A DNA stretch of 63,790 bases, the filler included, from Guillardia theta CCMP2712 (Eukaryota > Protista > Cryptophyta), in assembly GCF_000315625.1 (NCBI RefSeq). It is 6 parts of 6 records of this genome, joined end to end, with 100 filler letters (N's around TTAATTAATTAA, not from the genome) between each part and the next. Parts side by side here need not be neighbours in the genome. Positions count along the whole stretch, not along the records: positions 26,254 to 42,958 come from NW_005434455.1; positions 43,059 to 56,241 come from NW_005434523.1; 4 more parts are not named here. One strand, written 5' to 3'. Both the position numbers and the translations under genes were made by a program. The first letter of the stretch is position 1; each line of letters starts with the position of its first letter. Of the stretch, positions 34,995-46,522 are shown piece after piece. The notes under the pieces were generated by a model. The model saw only the letters and a program-made list of their open reading frames with translations, was not told where the DNA came from and ran no database searches.

Positions 34995-37818
34995 ATGCCA
35001 GTGAGGGAGAGGTTGGGGAAGAGGTGGAGGAAGGATGGAGAAGAAGAGAAAGAAGAAGAGAAGGACGAGACAGAAGACCATCAGAGACCACAAAAGAGAC
35101 GGAGAACTAAAGCTGTATGCCAGCACGGGCGGCAGCGATCAGCATGCAAGGACTGCGGGGGGAGCGGCATATGCGAGCACGGGCGGGTCCGATCAGCATG
35201 CAAGGACTGCGGGGGGAGCAGCATATGCGAGCACGGGCGGCAGCGATCAGCATGCAAGGACTGCGGGGGGAGCAGCATATGCGAGCACGGGCGGCGGCGA
35301 TCACGATGCAAGGACTGCGGGGGTAGCGGCATATGCGAGCACGGGCGGCAGCGATCACGATGCAAGGACTGCGGGGGGAGCAGCATATGCGAGCACGGGC
35401 GGCAGCGATCAGCATGAAAGGACTGCGGGGGCAGCGGCATATGCGAGCACGGGCGGCGGCGATCAGCATGCAAGGACTGCGGGGGCGGCAGCATATGCGA
35501 GCACGGGCGGGTCCGATCAGCATGCAAGGACTGCGGGGGGAGCAGCATATGCGAGCACGGGCGGGTCCGATCACGATGCAAGGACTGCAGGGGCAGCAGC
35601 ATATGCGAGCACGGGCGGCGGCGATCGCTATGCAAAGGTTGCAGGGGCAGCAGCATATGCGAGCACGGGCGGCGGCGATCACGATGCAAGGACTGCGGGG
35701 GGAGCAGCATATGCGAGCACGGGCGGGTCCGATCAGCATGCAAGGACTGCGGGGGAAGCAGCATATGCGAGCACGGGCGGCGGCGATCGACATGCAAGGA
35801 CTGCGGGGGGAGCAGCATATGCGAGCACGGGCGGCAGCGATCAGCATGCAAGGACTGCGGGGGGAGCAGCATATGCGAGCACGGGCGGCGGCGATCGAAA
35901 TGCAAGGACTGCGGGGGGAGCAGCATATGCGAGCACGGGCGGGTCCGATCACGATGCAAGGACTGCGGGGGAAGCAGCATATGCGAGCACGGGCGGCGGC
36001 GATTGAAATGCAAGGACTGCGGGGGTAGCAGCATATGCGAGCACGGGCGGCGGCGATCGAAATGCAAGGACTGCGGGGGGAGCGGCATATGCGAGCACGG
36101 GCGGCAGCGATCAGCATGCAAGGACTGCGGGGGGAGCAGCATATGCGAGCACGGGCGGCGGCGATCGAAATGCAAGGACTGCGGGGGGAGCGGCATATGC
36201 GAGCACGGGCGGCAGCGATCAGCATGCAAGGACTGCGGGGGGAGCGGCATATGCGAGCACGGGCGGCGGCGATCAGCATGCAAGGACTGCGGGGGGAGCA
36301 GCATATGCGAGCACGGGCGAGTCCGATCAGCATGCAAGGACTGCGGGGGGAGCAGCATATGCGAGCACGGGCGGCGGCGATCAGCATGCAAGGACTGCGG
36401 GGGGAGCAGCATATGCGAGCACGGGCGGCGGCGATCAGCATGCAAGGACTGCGGGGGTAGCAGCATATGCGAGCACGGGCGGCGGCGATCGAAATGCAAG
36501 GACTGCGGGGGGAGCAGCATATGCGAGCACGGGCGGCGGCGATCGAAATGCAAGGACTGCGGGGGGAGCGGCATATGCGAGCACGGGCGGGTCCGATCAG
36601 CATGCAAGGACTGCGGGGGGAGCAGCATATGCGAGCACGGGCGGCGGCGATCGCTATGCAAGGACTGCGGGGGGAGCAGCATATGCGAGCACGGGCGGCG
36701 GCGATCGAAATGCAAGGACTGCGGGGGGAGCGGCATATGCGAGCACGGGCGGCGGCGATCGAAATGCAAGGACTGCGGGGGGAGCGGCATATGCGAGCAC
36801 GGGCGGGTCCGATCAGCATGCAAGGACTGCGGGGGGAGCAGCATATGCGAGCACGGGCGGCGGCGATCGCTATGCAAGGACTGCGGGGGGAGCAGCATAT
36901 GCGAGCACGGGCGGCGGCGATCGAAATGCAAGGACTGCGGGGGGAGCAGCATATGCGAGCACGGGCGGCGGCGATCGAAATGCAAGGACTGCGGGGGGAG
37001 CGGCATATGCGAGCACGGGCGGGTCCGATCAGCATGCAAGGACTGCGGGGGGAGCAGCATATGCGAGCACGGGCGGCGGCGATCGCTATGCAAGGACTGC
37101 GGGGGGAGCAGCATATGCGAGCACGGGCGGCAGCGATCAGCATGCAAGGACTGCGGGGGGAGCAGCATATGCGAGCACGGGCGGCGGCGATCGAAATGCA
37201 AGGACTGCGGGGGGAGCAGCATATGCGAGCACGGGCGGGGGAGCGGCATATGCGAGCACGGGCGGCAGCGATCAGCATGCAAGGACTGCGGGGGTAGCGG
37301 CATATGCGAGCACGGGCGGGTCCGATCAGCATGCAAGGACTGCGGGGGGAGCAGCATATGCGAGCACGGGCGGCAGCGATCAGCATGCAAGGACTGCGGG
37401 GTAGCGGCATATGCCAGCACGGGCGGGTCTGATGAGCATGCAAGGACTGCTGGGGCAGCAGCATATGCGAGCACGGGCGGCAGCGATCAGCATGCAAGGA
37501 CTGCGGGGGGAGCAGCATATGCGAGCACGGGCGGCAGCGATCAGCATGCAAGGACTGCGGGGGGAGCAGCATATGCGAGCACGAGCGGCGGCGATCAGCA
37601 TGCAAGGACTGCGGGGGGAGCAGCATATGCGAGCACGGGCGGGTCCGATCAGCATGCAAGGACTGCGGGGGCAGCGGCATTTGCGAGCACGGGAGGGTCC
37701 GATCACGATATGCAAGGACTGCGGGGGGAGCGGCATATGCGAGCACGGGCGGCAGCGATCAGCATGCAAGGACTGCAAGGGAGGGAGCAGAAGTGGCTTG
37801 AAGCAGGCGAAGGTCTAA
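34995..37818 (+). pseudogene. Cys/His zinc-binding repeat protein (CEHGRxRSxCKDCGGSxI x ~49; 54-bp unit), with internal stop and frameshifts
   Basis: 54-bp tandem array ~35117-37780; TGC>TGA at 35415-35417; partial unit and indels at ~37235-37440 and ~37710. Confidence 0.8.
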
Positions 37819-39194
37819 TCGCCTGGGCCCTACCCTGTGGCTCTGGATGCTGGATGCAGGCGTAGGGAACATACGGCCTCGGTTGAATCGAGGGAGGGTG
37901 ACTGGAGGTACGGAGAGAGACTCTCGAGTGTCAGAAACCTCGCGATCTTATCGTGTCTACACCTTCAGCAGAGGTCAAGTTAGAGTCTCAACTTGACCTC
38001 CTTCTGGTCGGCTGGGCTTGTCAGGCTCGCTGAGTCCGCCCCAGCAGCTGCTGGAGGTGGGACGGAAGGATGCAGGCATGCGGTGCTGAGAGGGGTGAGG
38101 CAGAAACAGTAGAGCATGCAGCCCGTGCGTCAAAGAGCCGTTTGACGCCGCTACAGGGGCATCGCCCTTGCGTCACTGGGAGCTGAGACCTTCCGGTGGC
38201 GGCGACTCAGTGACAGTGTCTGGAAGCTTAAAAGTTGCAATAAGCACCTCATGACAGCATCATGATAGCACGGTACGCGTGCGGGTGTAGCAGTCAGTGC
38301 ACGTGTAGGGTGTGTTCAACGGTGAGTCACAGTCTTTGCCTTGAGATCGGATGGAGGGACTTATAAGCATGATAGTGGTCAAGTTGCAGCCCGGCCGGCG
38401 GGCTCCAATCATTTGTTTGTCGGATCCGACCAGGAACAAGTCCTTGGGCGGTCACCCGGTACAGGTAACTTGCCTAAAGGGGACCGTGCCTCGGACTGAA
38501 AACAAGCTGCTGCAATGGATGCGAAGAGCGTCTACCGTAGGACTTTGAACCCGGCGTCGGAACCGTGGGACCTGGTCTGACAGGTGACCCCGCCTGCCAG
38601 TGCCGCCGCCGAAGTTCCGCCGGGCCGCAGCTCTGAGGCTGACTCTGTGGCGGCCGGCGGGCCCGGGCGGCCAGCCCGCCGGGGTGCGCCACTGCGCCAG
38701 CCTCTGAGACTCGGAGCATGAGGGTGATGATATGAGTTAAGTAAAATATGAACCAAGGGAAATGGACAGCGTTTATGGCGCCGCACATCGCAATGCCGCG
38801 TTGATGGACATTATTGATGCAGCCTGGGCGGCTGACCAGCTCTCAGATGATGGTAAGATATCAATGATAAGACGTGGGGAATCTGGTGTGAAGACGTGAG
38901 GTTCAAAGCGCCAAGCAAGTAGTTTCCATGGCTGAACCCTCCCTTGCAACGAGTTCGGTTTAGAGTGCTTCTATTGTAGAAGAGCATATGATTGCATGAT
39001 CCTGCTCAGCAGGTGTAAATCTTCATGTACATTACAGGGATGCATTGAAGCATTCAGAAATTTCATTTCACAAGCAGAGTATCACCAATGGCATGGATAA
39101 TGAAGTAGAGCATAGATCTTTTTTGAATGCACTCTCCTAGTCCAGTCTTGTGCGTGAAGTTTTCTACTTTGCTCGGCATTTCATGTGATAACAA

Positions 39195-39250
39195 TGAAAT
39201 CTTCGCTTTGAAATCTTCGCTTTGAAATCTTCGCTTTGAAATCTTCGCTT
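39195..39250. repeat. 14-bp tandem repeat x4 (TGAAATCTTCGCTT)
   Basis: Directly visible. Confidence 0.95.
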
Positions 39251-40499
39251 TGGTGTTTGCGTACCTGAATCGATCGTTCAGATGTAGATCTGCCAAATTT
39301 GGATACCAACGATGAGAGCGACGATCTAAATGGTGAGCAAGGTTCTGAATGCATCAATTACTTCGCTGACGAGCTCGTGCAGATCAAGAGCAAGATGACG
39401 ACAAGTGGAACGAGATGGGGCTGCCAGAGTTTCAGAACGACGTCATCTAGGGAGTTGGACTACGGGCGGACGATCAAGGTCAGAAGCGAAGTCGATGCTG
39501 GAGCAACCTGAGGGCGCTCTCTCAGAGCATCTCAGTGTTATTTGTGTGTGATTCGGTTAAGGTCACATGTTCTCCAAGTCAAATATAGTTTAGATCACAC
39601 ATGATGTCAAAGTTCATCGAGAAATTCTTGTAGTAGCTCCTCAGGTGATGTCTGGAAACAATCCTTCACCTTCTTGACGGTACAGGAGACATTGACATCG
39701 AAACCAAAGCCTTGCCAAGTTGCACAGCCCGTGTCGATCAGTCACTGTCACAGCCTCCTGCTCAGTGCAGCTGGACATTCAAGTTTGCGGTGCTCTTGGA
39801 ATCACTGAGTCAAAAGGATTCAGGCACCAGCACGTCGAACTCAGGAACTGTTGACGTGACGCGTCCTCAGCGGCCGTGGGTCTGAGCTGAGCCGCGCGCC
39901 GGCCTGCCAGGCTGCCGCCGCCGCCGCGGCGCGGGCCGGGGGCCGGGCCGCTGGCTGCCAGTGACAGTGAGTCAACTTGAACTGCCAGGGAACTTCGGAA
40001 CTTGAACGCCCACAGCCACGGGCCGCGCTGCCGAGCCTCGGAGTGACGGTGCATGGCCGCCCTGCCGGGCCGCGGCCGCTGACGGTGCGCCGGGGCCGCC
40101 TCGGCAGCCTCTGAAGTTCCTGCCACCCGGCTAGTGATAGTAGCCAGTGGCGATGCTGGCCCCCGACCCCGGGGCCCGGCCATATAAGATGCTCTGAGGC
40201 GCTTTACTGACGGGAAGAGATGTTGGGAGAGAGGGCGGGGGCATGCTGGGGAACATGGCGTTGGTAGAGGAGAGAGAAGAGAGAGAGGAAGAAGGCAAGC
40301 GGAGAGAGGAGAGAAGAGAGAGGAAGAAGGCAAGAGGAGGGAGGAGAGAAGAGAGAGGAAGAAGGCAAGAGGAGAGAGGAGAGAAGAGAGAGGAAGAAGG
40401 CAAGAGGAGGGAGGAGAGAAGAGAGAGGAAGAAGGCAAGAGGAGGGAGGAGAGAAGAGAGAGGAAGAAGGCAAGCGGAGGAGGCAGGATCAGAGAAAAG

Positions 40500-42700
40500 A
40501 TGAAGAGAAAAGACTTTGAGATCGCGCAGCGACATGGAGTGCAGGGCAAACCACAGCATGTGAATTCCAGGACATCCTGGCAGAGGATGTATCAGGTGCC
40601 CTTGTTTGCGGCGATACTTGCTAGTTCAATCCAACGCGGAGAGGGAGCGACCGGGTTTCATGTTTCCTTCCTTCACGGAGTAGCGTCAGGAGACCCACTT
40701 CCCGGCAGCGTTATCATATGGTTGTCACCCCCCTCCCTCTCCGACGACTTCCTCTCTCCTCTCCTTGTCTGTCCTCCTCTCCCTTCTTCCCCTATCTCAT
40801 TCTCCCCTCCTTCCCTGCATCTCCCCACGAACTCATCCTCGCTTGCAGGACGAGGGTCACCCCGCGCGACCCGACCACCTCCTCCATCCCCGTGCACTGG
40901 AGAGTTTCAGGGAGTGCGAGGGCGCTCTCAGCTGATAATCTGCCTCCCCCTAACGGCACTGTCATGGCGCTTCAAGTCAACGACTACGTGCTCAAAGTGG
41001 ACGTGAAAGGTCTGGAGGAAGGGAAGGATTACTTCTACTGCTTCGCTGTGGGACCCTCCCGCTCTCCCATTGGTCGGTTCCGCGTGCCAAGGGGAGCAGG
41101 AGCCAGGGTCGATCGCCTGCGGTACGCCGTTATGTCCTGCTCGAACTGGGGCTGGGGATACTTCAACGTGTACGAGGCTGCCGCGAGGTACGACCTGGAC
41201 TTCTGGATGCATGTTGGCGACTTTCTCTATGAGAATGGGCAGGATGTGTATCCCTCCCCTGCTCAGGCTGTTCGCTTCGCTCCTCCTCCCCTCGGCCTGC
41301 AGCCCCCGCATGAGGCCATCACTCTTGAGGACTACCGAGCGAGACATGCTCTTTACAGGTCTTTCGCTTCCGCTACCTTCTTTTCCCCTCCCTGCTCTCA
41401 TCGCTCCCCCCCCCCCGCCCCCCCCACTCCCTCTCGTTGTATCTTTTTCCTCTCCTCACTCGTCAATTCCCTGTCCTCCTCCTGTCCTCTCCCTCCCGCG
41501 CTCAGAAATCTCTTCTACATACTCTCTGTACTACCTTCCCATCGTTCTAACGCCTTTCTTCTATCCCGCACAAAAACCTCCTCCTCTCCTCTCCTCTCCT
41601 CTGCTCTCCTCTGCTCTCCTCTGCTCTCGTCCTCTCGTCCTCTCGTCCTCTCGTCCTCTCGTCCTCTCCTCCTCTCCTCCTCTCCTCCTCTCCTCCTCTC
41701 CTCTTTCCTCCTCTTCCTCTTTTCCTCTGCCTCTCTTCTCACCCTCCTCCTACAGGCAGGATCCTGGTCTGCAGAGCCTGAGCGCGAGCGCAGCTCTCAT
41801 CGCGATCTGGGATGACCACGAGATCGCAAACAACCCGTGGACCGGAGGAGCGCTGAACCACAACCCAGGGGAAGGCGAGTGGGAGGACAGGAAGGTAAAT
41901 GCTATCAGAGCTTACCATGAGTGGATGCCGACAAGGGCCGAACCTCTCGCTCCTCCCGTCGGCCCCAAGTTCTTCCGCTCCTTCGTCTTCGGGGACCTCG
42001 CTCGCCTGCTGGTGCTCGAGACGAGGCTGGTGAACAGAACCAACGGGGAGGCCGATCCCTTCCCCCTCGAAGACGACGACGGGGACGGGGATCCCTCTAA
42101 CGAGACGCCTTTCGGGTCACTTGCGGTGAGAGTCCGAGAGCTGCTGCAGGGCGTCGCTCCTCGGGACTGGGAGCAGACGCCTGGAGTGTTGGAGGGAGCG
42201 GAGAGGCTAAGGAAGGCCTTCACCAACTACTCGGAGGATGAGAACAAGCTCCTGCTGGGAGAGGAGCAGCTGGCGTGGCTGCGGAGCAACGTGGAGGGGA
42301 TGCAGCAGGAGGGGACGAGGTGGTTGATAGTAGGGCAGCAGCTCGTGATGTTCGACATGTTCCAGGACTTCGATGCCGTGCTCGATGGGTCTGCTGCTCC
42401 TGCTGGGATGAGGCCGGAGCGGAGGAGGGAGCTGCGCGACCTGCTGCAGAACGTGACGGGCTGGGGATGCACGAATCGCGCTTCCTGTACGTCCCAACGG
42501 CGGACGTACATGGGGGTAGACCCTACGGCGTACAAGGCAGAGGAGTTGGGGAAGGAGCAGGAGGTGACTGACGAGGACCGGGAGGTAGCAAGGCTCTTCT
42601 ACGCGCTCTCCAAGTTTGAAATCCCTTCCTCCTTCGACTCTTGGCAGGGGTATGCTGTCGAACGTCAAAGGTGAAGTGTGCTCCTGCCTTCTTCTCCCTC

Positions 42701-42741
<41 letters not shown>

Positions 42742-42958
42742 CTCGTTCATCTTCCGTCCTCCTGCTTGTCCTCTTCCTCTCTTCCCCTCCTTCGCTCCTC
42801 CTCCCTCGTGACGCACCTCCCATCTCAGGTTCCTCTCCTCCCTCACGGCCGCCCGGGGTCGCGCGGTGGTCTACGGGGGGGACAGTCACAACTCGTGGGC
42901 GGGAGTTCATCGCCGAGAGGACGGAAGCATCCTGTGTGCCGAGTACGACACGACCTCC
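40500..42958 (+). CDS. phoD: Alkaline phosphatase D family, multi-exon, 3' partial
   Basis: FLHGVASGDP, SCSNWGWGYF, HVGDFLYE, WDDHEIANN, AYHEWMP, LLGEEQLAWL, DSWQGY, GGDSHNSW. Confidence 0.95.
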
Positions 42959-43275
42959 NNNNNNNNNNNNNNNNNNNNNNNNNNNNNNNNNNNNNNNNNN
43001 NNTTAATTAATTAANNNNNNNNNNNNNNNNNNNNNNNNNNNNNNNNNNNNNNNNNNNNTCATCATCATCAACAACAACAACAACATCATCATCATCATCA
43101 TCATCTCCATCTCCATCTCCATCTCCATCATCGTTCTCTTCATCATCATCATTTCAATCACCTCTGAGCATCCAGCTCTATCTCCATCGGAAGTGTTGAC
43201 TCTCCAGTACCAGCCCATTCAAGAATCGCATTTCCTTGCTCCATGGCGAGCCCATCTGAATTTTCTGCTCCTCCT

Positions 43276-43320
<45 letters not shown>

Positions 43321-43767
43321 GATCCTGCTGATCCTGCTGATCCTGCTGCTGCTGTTGCTTCTGAAGCTCCTGCCTGTGCTTCTATTCCTTCGCTTCCACC
43401 CGTGTGCTCACCGCCATTTCCATCGATTTTTGATTTTGAAGAAGTTGCAGCAGTTGCTTGCACCCCATGAGCACAGCTGAATTCTTCGCCTGTTCCATCT
43501 CCACTACATCCTGCTCCTGATCCTCCTGCTCCTCCTCCTGCTGCTCCTCCTGCTCCTCCTCTCCGCCGCCTTGCAACGCCTGTACAGCTTTCTAAGCGCG
43601 CCATTTTTTCAAATGTGCAGTCCCGGAGGTTTTCCGGCCAGCCGCCGGGCGGGCCCAGTTCGGAAGTTCCGGCGGGCCCGGAGTTACGTGACCGGGGCCG
43701 GGGTAGTACTCAGTGACTAATAACTCTGACTCAGTGAGCACCGTAGCCTGTACCCAAAACTTCGGTC

Positions 43768-44085
43768 CTTTACTCAAAGTTCAGTCTCCACTGCTGACTG
43801 ACTTAACTTTGAGTAATCTGATTTTTAAAAATCAAGTCACAAGTTGAGTAAAAACCGTGTCCGAGTCGACCGTCGGACCTTTTCTACCTGTAGTTTCACT
43901 ATTACTCAGGGCAAAGTAAAAACTCTACCTCAGGAACGCTACCTGAGTTCACTCAAAGTTAAGTTAAAAATCAGTACGAGGAAAAAGACAGCGAGAACCA
44001 AACCTAATCATCGGGCCCGCCAACTGCTGTCCCCCAAACTTAACTGAGTACTCCTTTACTCAGTCCAAAGTGAAGTTTTAACAGT
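43768..44085. repeat. Cluster of TTAACTTTGAGTAAAG-family repeats; 43950-44085 is a reverse copy of 11271-11464
   Basis: Shared blocks GGGGACAGCAGTTGGC, GATTAGGTTTGGTTCTCGCTGTCTTTT, CCTCGTACTGAT. Confidence 0.8.
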
Positions 44086-44253
44086 AAAATACTACTAGCC
44101 GCTAGTACTACTACTGGCGCTGAGTAGTAGCGGCCCGCAGCCTGGCCGGGCCCCCGGCGGGGGGGGGGGGGGGGGGGGGAAATTCCCCTAAAAAATTGTT
44201 TGTTTTTTTTTAAAATATTTCAAACCCTAAATCAAAAAATATGTTGGGAAAAT

Positions 44254-46260
44254 TTAACGAGCCATCTGGCCTATGAGTTGATAATCTAGATAACAAATAA
44301 ACCCTCTATTATTAGGTATATTCTCGGTTGTTAAACCACCTAAATAGTAATTGAAAAGATTGTATTTGCCGCTGTAATATTTGCGGTTCATAACATTTGT
44401 ACTAGGTATAAATTGATAATAAAAATAGATAGAGAATTTATTCGTAAAACTAATGTCAAAACATTCGATATAAAAATTGTCTGGGATGGCAGTTGTTCTA
44501 TTAGCGAAAGAATACCTTACCCATTCCCTATCTTGTGCTGGATATGTTGGCACTGTTTCATAGGGAGAACCACCACTCCAAAAGTCCCAATTATCATAAG
44601 TGACTGTGTATGTATCATTCAATTGATTTTTAATAAGATTTGGTGGTATCAATTGATTTCCCTGTAATTTAAGGAAGATATCGGCTATATATAGACTATC
44701 AGGACCCGTAACAGTAAGCTTTTTTGTTGTGAATGATTCGCCAATTAGAGCAAATTGATTTGCCATTTGGGTTTGATTGACATAATTTGAGCTATTGATA
44801 AAGTTTGTGTAGGTATCCGTTTTAAGGAAATTAGAGCTATTGAGATAACTTGTATAGACATCAGTTTTAAGAAAGTTAGAGCTTGCCAGATTTTGATATG
44901 ATAGAAATGTATCCAATCCCTGTTGTCTTGTGTAAAAATCGGTTGATAATTCCCATTCTTGATTATCATTAAAATAAAGGTTGCCTATAAACCCTGGATT
45001 GACATCATTTATAAGTGTGCTAGCTGTATGTTTTGTTCTTATGTGATTGTATAATACATTTGACTGTTCATATATTTTGTCATATAGTATATTAGACTCA
45101 GTCAATATATGGTCAAATAGTATATTAGACTCTTCATATATGTAATCATATAATATGTTAGATGTATTTTTAATGGATAAATCTGTCTCATATTTGTTAT
45201 AGACATTAGGTATGATAACATCATCAATAAAAAAAGTTTTTCCTTTAAATACAATCTTGTATTCTTTAAGGTTTTCATTATTAATCCCAAAAATATATTC
45301 ATCCAATTCTTGTTGTGTCAATTCATTGCCTAATGTTATTACTTCTTCACCTTGAAAAAGAATATTTCTTTCGTCTAAAACTGTTTGTTCTTGTCCATCA
45401 ATGACAAGGGTTTTATAAGTGTCGTCATATATAAATGCCTGATTAGGGACTAAATCAAGCTTTTGACCATCTGTAAGATTCCTAGAATATATTTTAATAA
45501 CTCTACCTTGTAATTTAGTATTTATAACCTCATCTTCAAGAACCGATATAACAACACCCAATGATAATCGTAAAATATTAATCCATGAGAGAATAAATAG
45601 GCCATCAGCCTTTGATGTGCTTGTTCCAGATGCGATAAGGCCACCGATAAAGCCCGTACCAATTGCGAGACCTCCTTTTATAATTTCACCTAAACCACTA
45701 AATAAATTAAAGCCATTGTCTGCAGTTTCATCAATATTTTCCAAAGCATCAGCTGCATCAGCTGTTTCTTTTGCTGCCGCATTATTTTTTAAATCATCTA
45801 ATTGTTGTTTAATCTGTTGAATTGTAATAAATGAACCATTTTCAAGTGTGAATTTAATGATATATTTATTAGGGTTAGTCTGATATTTGACATATAATAT
45901 ATTTCTATCATTGTTTGTAATTACAGTTTCATTAGTGTCTGGTATAAATTTTATAAGTGTCTGTAAATCAAGAACATCATTTGATGTATTAAATAAGATA
46001 TCGTTTGTTTCTATCAAGTAATTACTAGTTTCTATTAGCAAATCATTAGTTTCAATCAAGTTATTGCTAGTTTCAATGGTTTTAATTTCAAGAGCGTTTG
46101 TTTGTTGAAATAGGAGTGTGACCTCATCATTGAGCACATTTACATTCCCATATAAAACAGTAATATCAGCATTAATGGCATCTAATTCAGGCTGCAATGT
46201 GGTTTGATTGTTATTGCCTATGTATTGATATATATTCTCCTTTTGGTTATTACATGCCAT
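44254..46260 (-). CDS. 668-aa Asn/Ile-rich virus-like protein with coiled coil and TSN/ESN/SSN repeats; possible fibre or structural protein, maybe 3'-truncated
   Basis: Long intact ORF in AT-rich DNA; repeats ETSNNLI/ETSNYLI, ESNILF/ESNILY, SSNFLKTD x2; Gly-rich hydrophobic segment. Confidence 0.75.
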   Translation of the reverse strand: MACNNQKENIYQYIGNNNQTTLQPELDAINADITVLYGNVNVLNDEVTLLFQQTNALEIKTIETSNNLIETNDLLIETSNYLIETNDILFNTSNDVLDLQTLIKFIPDTNETVITNNDRNILYVKYQTNPNKYIIKFTLENGSFITIQQIKQQLDDLKNNAAAKETADAADALENIDETADNGFNLFSGLGEIIKGGLAIGTGFIGGLIASGTSTSKADGLFILSWINILRLSLGVVISVLEDEVINTKLQGRVIKIYSRNLTDGQKLDLVPNQAFIYDDTYKTLVIDGQEQTVLDERNILFQGEEVITLGNELTQQELDEYIFGINNENLKEYKIVFKGKTFFIDDVIIPNVYNKYETDLSIKNTSNILYDYIYEESNILFDHILTESNILYDKIYEQSNVLYNHIRTKHTASTLINDVNPGFIGNLYFNDNQEWELSTDFYTRQQGLDTFLSYQNLASSNFLKTDVYTSYLNSSNFLKTDTYTNFINSSNYVNQTQMANQFALIGESFTTKKLTVTGPDSLYIADIFLKLQGNQLIPPNLIKNQLNDTYTVTYDNWDFWSGGSPYETVPTYPAQDREWVRYSFANRTTAIPDNFYIECFDISFTNKFSIYFYYQFIPSTNVMNRKYYSGKYNLFNYYLGGLTTENIPNNRGFICYLDYQLIGQMAR

Positions 46261-46282
46261 GTCTATTTTATTAATTAAAATA

Positions 46283-46522
46283 TTAAAATATTAGTTTGAC
46301 AGGGTTATGTATTATCAATATTCCAGAAGTCTGTTTTAAAGCTCTAGCGGTTTCTTTATGCGTTTTAAGGTATTCTATATCATCTTGAGTAATAAGATTA
46401 GCATTTAAAAGCGTGGATAATGCTTTATCATCGCGTAGTATTTTAAGAAGAATGTCCTGTATATAGTTAATATAATCACGTTTATATTTTCTGTATTGTT
46501 TCATATAGATATCTTTATTCAT
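46283..46522 (-). CDS. 79-aa basic hypothetical protein (MNKDIYMKQYRKYK...)
   Basis: ATG preceded by an A-rich context; ends just upstream of the 668-aa ORF. Confidence 0.6.
   Translation of the reverse strand: MNKDIYMKQYRKYKRDYINYIQDILLKILRDDKALSTLLNANLITQDDIEYLKTHKETARALKQTSGILIIHNPVKLIF

Noticed and set aside
35117-37780. CRISPR-like array, and long minus-strand or alternative-frame ORFs (797 and 879 aa)
   Set aside because: Contiguous 54-bp coding units with no unique spacers; the other ORFs are shadows of a stop-poor repeat
44222-44231. Single AAACCCTAAA telomere unit at the island's left end
   Set aside because: One unit in AT-rich DNA can arise by chance
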